From NCBI GenBank assembly GCA_044892525.1, contig CM097885.1, positions 142,724,001 to 142,788,000 on the forward strand: a DNA stretch of 64,000 nt. Reading direction: 5' to 3'. The position numbers and the translations under genes are program-made. Below the pieces are notes generated by a model. The model ran no database searches and was not told the origin of the DNA. It was given only the letters and a program-made list of their open reading frames with translations. Origin of the DNA: Schmidtea polychroa. Taxonomy: Eukaryota. Positions within the stretch are counted from its first letter, which is position 1. The number at the start of each line of letters is the position of its first letter. Below are positions 61,537 to 64,000 of this stretch, in pieces.

Positions 61537-62130
61537 TCATAGTTCGAAGGGCTTCAAGTATAATCCTTTACCATTTTTAGTTTTACAAAGGCATCCATTC
61601 TTTAAAGATTTACATATTTTTTTTAAATCTTCTTTATCTTTTGAAGATAAAGATTCAGATGTAGAAATTTGATTTTTTAAAAAATCATTTAAACCTCTAC
61701 CTTTATAAGGATCAAGATAGAGACCTTTGCCCTGAGACTTTTGCCGACTCCCCTCATATGGATTAAGATAGAGACCCTTTCCAACGGACACTCCCCCTTT
61801 AGCTTGCCCTACCTTCTTCATTGAATCGATTTCAGTTTGTAGTTTTTCTTTTTCTAGGTCTGTCTTTTGAGATTCTTTAGCTTTTTGAACTGTAGTTGCA
61901 ATTCCTCCAGCTATTCCAGCAGCACCTGATAAACCAGCAATGATTGCAGGTATTAAAGCAGCTAATGGAAGAATGCCACCTTCTTTAGCTTCGTGGAGCT
62001 TCGCTCTAACTTGTTCTTTTACATGTTTTCCAATAAAATATTTTTTATCATCAATTACTACTGATTTATTTTTATTTGAATTTATTAATTCTTGCAAAGA
62101 TTCTTCAGTAGAGGAACTCTTCGAGGTCAT
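61537..62130 (-). CDS. Polinton core / membrane-lytic precursor (PZ-like)
   Basis: GGILPLAALIPAIIAGLSGAAGIAGGIA amphipathic segment; GKGLYLxP repeated three times. Confidence 0.8.
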   Translation of the reverse strand: MTSKSSSTEESLQELINSNKNKSVVIDDKKYFIGKHVKEQVRAKLHEAKEGGILPLAALIPAIIAGLSGAAGIAGGIATTVQKAKESQKTDLEKEKLQTEIDSMKKVGQAKGGVSVGKGLYLNPYEGSRQKSQGKGLYLDPYKGRGLNDFLKNQISTSESLSSKDKEDLKKICKSLKNGCLCKTKNGKGLYLKPFEL

Positions 62131-62145
62131 TTTATAATAAACAAA

Positions 62146-62937
62146 ATGGATACTTGGAAACCAATTTTAAATAGACATAAGAGTAAATTTAATAATAAAG
62201 TATTTCCTGATAATTTTAGATTATTAATTGTTGGTTCTTCTGGATGTGGAAAGAATGTACTTGTTTTGAGAATGTTACTTGAAGATGATTTTTTAGATTA
62301 TAATAATTTAATCTTTTATTCTACAACCATAAATCAACCAGAATTACAACTTTTGAAATGTGGATTTGAAAATAAATTAACTAAAAAAGCAATAATTGAT
62401 ATTTTTAAAAATCAACATAGATGTCCTGAAGAAGTTTTTCAACCTTGTGATATGGTTGATTGGTATAAGGAAAAGATTTTAGAATCAGATATTAGTAATA
62501 AAAATGATTATATTTGTGAAGAAGGGCAGGAGGCAATTCAAGTTTTATTCTCTAATAAACCTGAAGATGTTTTACATTGTGATTTACTTCCTAAAGATAA
62601 AAAGAATCTAGTTATATTTGATGATGTTGTTAATATGAAAAATCAAGAGATTCAAAAGAGTTACTTTACACGAGGTCGACATAATAATTGTAATGTTATT
62701 TATATATCTCAAACATATTATGCTTTAGATAAAAATTCAATAAGAAATAATTCCAATTGTTTTATATTTTTTAAATTAGATCGCCGTGATAAGAATATGA
62801 TTTATAATGATTTATTTTCAAATGTTGAACCTGATAAGAATATGTTTGATATGTTTGTTGATAATCATTGGAAAGAAAAATATAATTATATTTATTTGGA
62901 TAGAGAAGAAGCTGAAATATGGAAAAGTTTGTTTTAG
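62146..62937 (+). CDS. A32/FtsK-HerA family DNA-packaging ATPase
   Basis: Walker A GSSGCGKN, Walker B LVIFDD, FTRGRHNN..IYISQ, SIRNN. ATG 62146 is preferred over the overlapping start at 62092. Confidence 0.93.
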   Translation: MDTWKPILNRHKSKFNNKVFPDNFRLLIVGSSGCGKNVLVLRMLLEDDFLDYNNLIFYSTTINQPELQLLKCGFENKLTKKAIIDIFKNQHRCPEEVFQPCDMVDWYKEKILESDISNKNDYICEEGQEAIQVLFSNKPEDVLHCDLLPKDKKNLVIFDDVVNMKNQEIQKSYFTRGRHNNCNVIYISQTYYALDKNSIRNNSNCFIFFKLDRRDKNMIYNDLFSNVEPDKNMFDMFVDNHWKEKYNYIYLDREEAEIWKSLF

Positions 62938-62948
62938 GGCTTGTCGAC

Positions 62949-64000
62949 TTAAAAATCTGTTTTCTGTAGTTCATTATTATAAAATCTACCTAATATTTTT
63001 TCATTATTTAAATCAAAGATGCTATATGTTATTGGAGTTGTATAATGTATTTTATTTATAATAAAAATTTCATTTGTCCATTTTGCTGTGAATCCTTTTT
63101 CAAATTTATTTTTATATTTAAATATTCTTACTCGGTCACCAATTTTAAACTTTGGTTTTTCAATAACATCATTTTCAATATTTACCACTTTAATGGTTTC
63201 AGGCTTCATGGAAGCATTTAAAGGTGTTAATTTTATAGAACTATGTACATCATTATTATATTCATTTACAATCTTTTGTAACAATTCATTGTTCCATTTT
63301 TGTTTTCCAATAGCAGTAAAATATTTCCACATTTTATTTTTTAATGTTCTGCTTTTCCTTCGTTTTCTGTTGAATATAATTTAATATCATTTTCATTTAA
63401 AAACTTTGTAAAAACTTTGTTATAAAATTCTGTTCCTTTATCACACCATAAATATTTTGGGATTCTTTGATTTTCTTCAAATATATTTTCAAATGCTTCT
63501 GTAATAGAATATCCTGTTTTATTTTCTAAACATCTTGCAAAAGCAAATCTTGTATATAAATCTATTACAGTTAAAATTATTTTATATTTTTCAGGGTCTG
63601 ATGATTTGGGCATAAAGACTAAATCTGCTGACCATGTTTGATCTTTTTCATGTACTTGAACTTTTAAATATTTTTTATTTTTTCTAAATTCATGGTGTAA
63701 TTCCTTTGCATATTTTATTTCTGATTCTGTTGGGGTTTGTAAACTAGTCTTGGCTGTACTCTCGAGGGATCTTTCAATCTCTGCTTGTTCGATAGTCTTT
63801 TTATAAGCAACATCTTTTGCTTTCCTAGGAAGTCTTGTACCCATGGTGATCGGACTGTGTCCTAAGCCTATGAAAATCTTACCTTTCATTGCTAATTTAA
63901 CTAGAGCTCTTTGAATCTTTTCTTGGGTTGATGGATTTTGGATACTATTTAAATCATGTATTAAATTCACATCTGCAACATGTCTATCTCTAAGATTTGT
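62949..64000 (-). pseudogene. int: PLA2-like domain fused to an rve integrase; frameshifted by a deletion that removes the catalytic Glu
   Basis: Frame open from the window edge: TNLRDRHVADVNLIHDL..EKIQRALVKLAMKGKIFIGLG, then WSADL, VIDLYTR, CDKGTEF. STENEGKA is joined out of frame to RTLKNKMWKYFT; KPKFKIGDRVRI C-terminal domain. Confidence 0.9.

Larger units (their letters stand above)
52276..64000. mobile_element. Endogenous Polinton/Maverick (adintovirus-like) element; runs off the right edge
   Basis: pPolB, penton, adenain protease, A32/FtsK-like ATPase and rve integrase, all intronless and densely packed. Left end predicted at AGTAGT (52276), preceded by the candidate TSD AATGCC. Confidence 0.96.

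Noticed and set aside
62092-62145. N-terminal extension of the ATPase
   Set aside because: It starts at TTG and overlaps the divergent gene; ATG 62146 has the same AAAATG context as the other viral genes.
53773-63384. Short antisense ORFs overlapping the Polinton genes (and similar ones over both Gypsy elements)
   Set aside because: They are shadows of the coding strand with no motifs.
57599-64000. Major capsid protein gene
   Set aside because: No ORF here has the size or motifs of a double jelly-roll MCP; it is presumably outside the window.

Overview
AT-rich eukaryotic (animal) genomic scaffold with four N gaps. The 41-47 nt introns and a possible multi-kb LTR suggest a planarian-type flatworm, but this is inference. 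Host genes reconstructed by hand: (i) a ZDHHC2/15/20-type palmitoyltransferase on the minus strand (8993-19634, full DHHC domain, only the last exon uncertain); (ii) a four-TM claudin/PMP22-like gene on the plus strand (26434-35670) with a fibronectin type II-like exon in its first loop; (iii) the 3' exons of a ZDHHC1/11-type gene on the minus strand (48710-49192), plus further in-phase exons downstream. These are interleaved with a putative 5.2-kb LTR carrying an intact antisense ORF, two decayed Ty3/Gypsy elements, two LTR fragments, and Tigger, Merlin, hAT, Tc2 and piggyBac remnants or MITEs. From about 52276 to the window end lies an endogenous Polinton/Maverick (adintovirus-like) virus. 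It encodes a protein-primed PolB with Zn fingers and an EndoVII insert, a membrane hairpin protein, a fiber-like protein, penton, adenain protease, a conserved Polinton protein, a core/lytic protein, a packaging ATPase and a PLA2-like/integrase fusion. The integrase has lost its catalytic Glu through a frameshifting deletion. The most unusual signals are a self-contained Pol III (A box/B box/oligo-T) tRNA-like gene next to polB, the PLA2-integrase fusion, the operon-like virion cassette, the antisense ORF in the giant LTR and the FN2-claudin chimera. The major capsid gene is not in the window.
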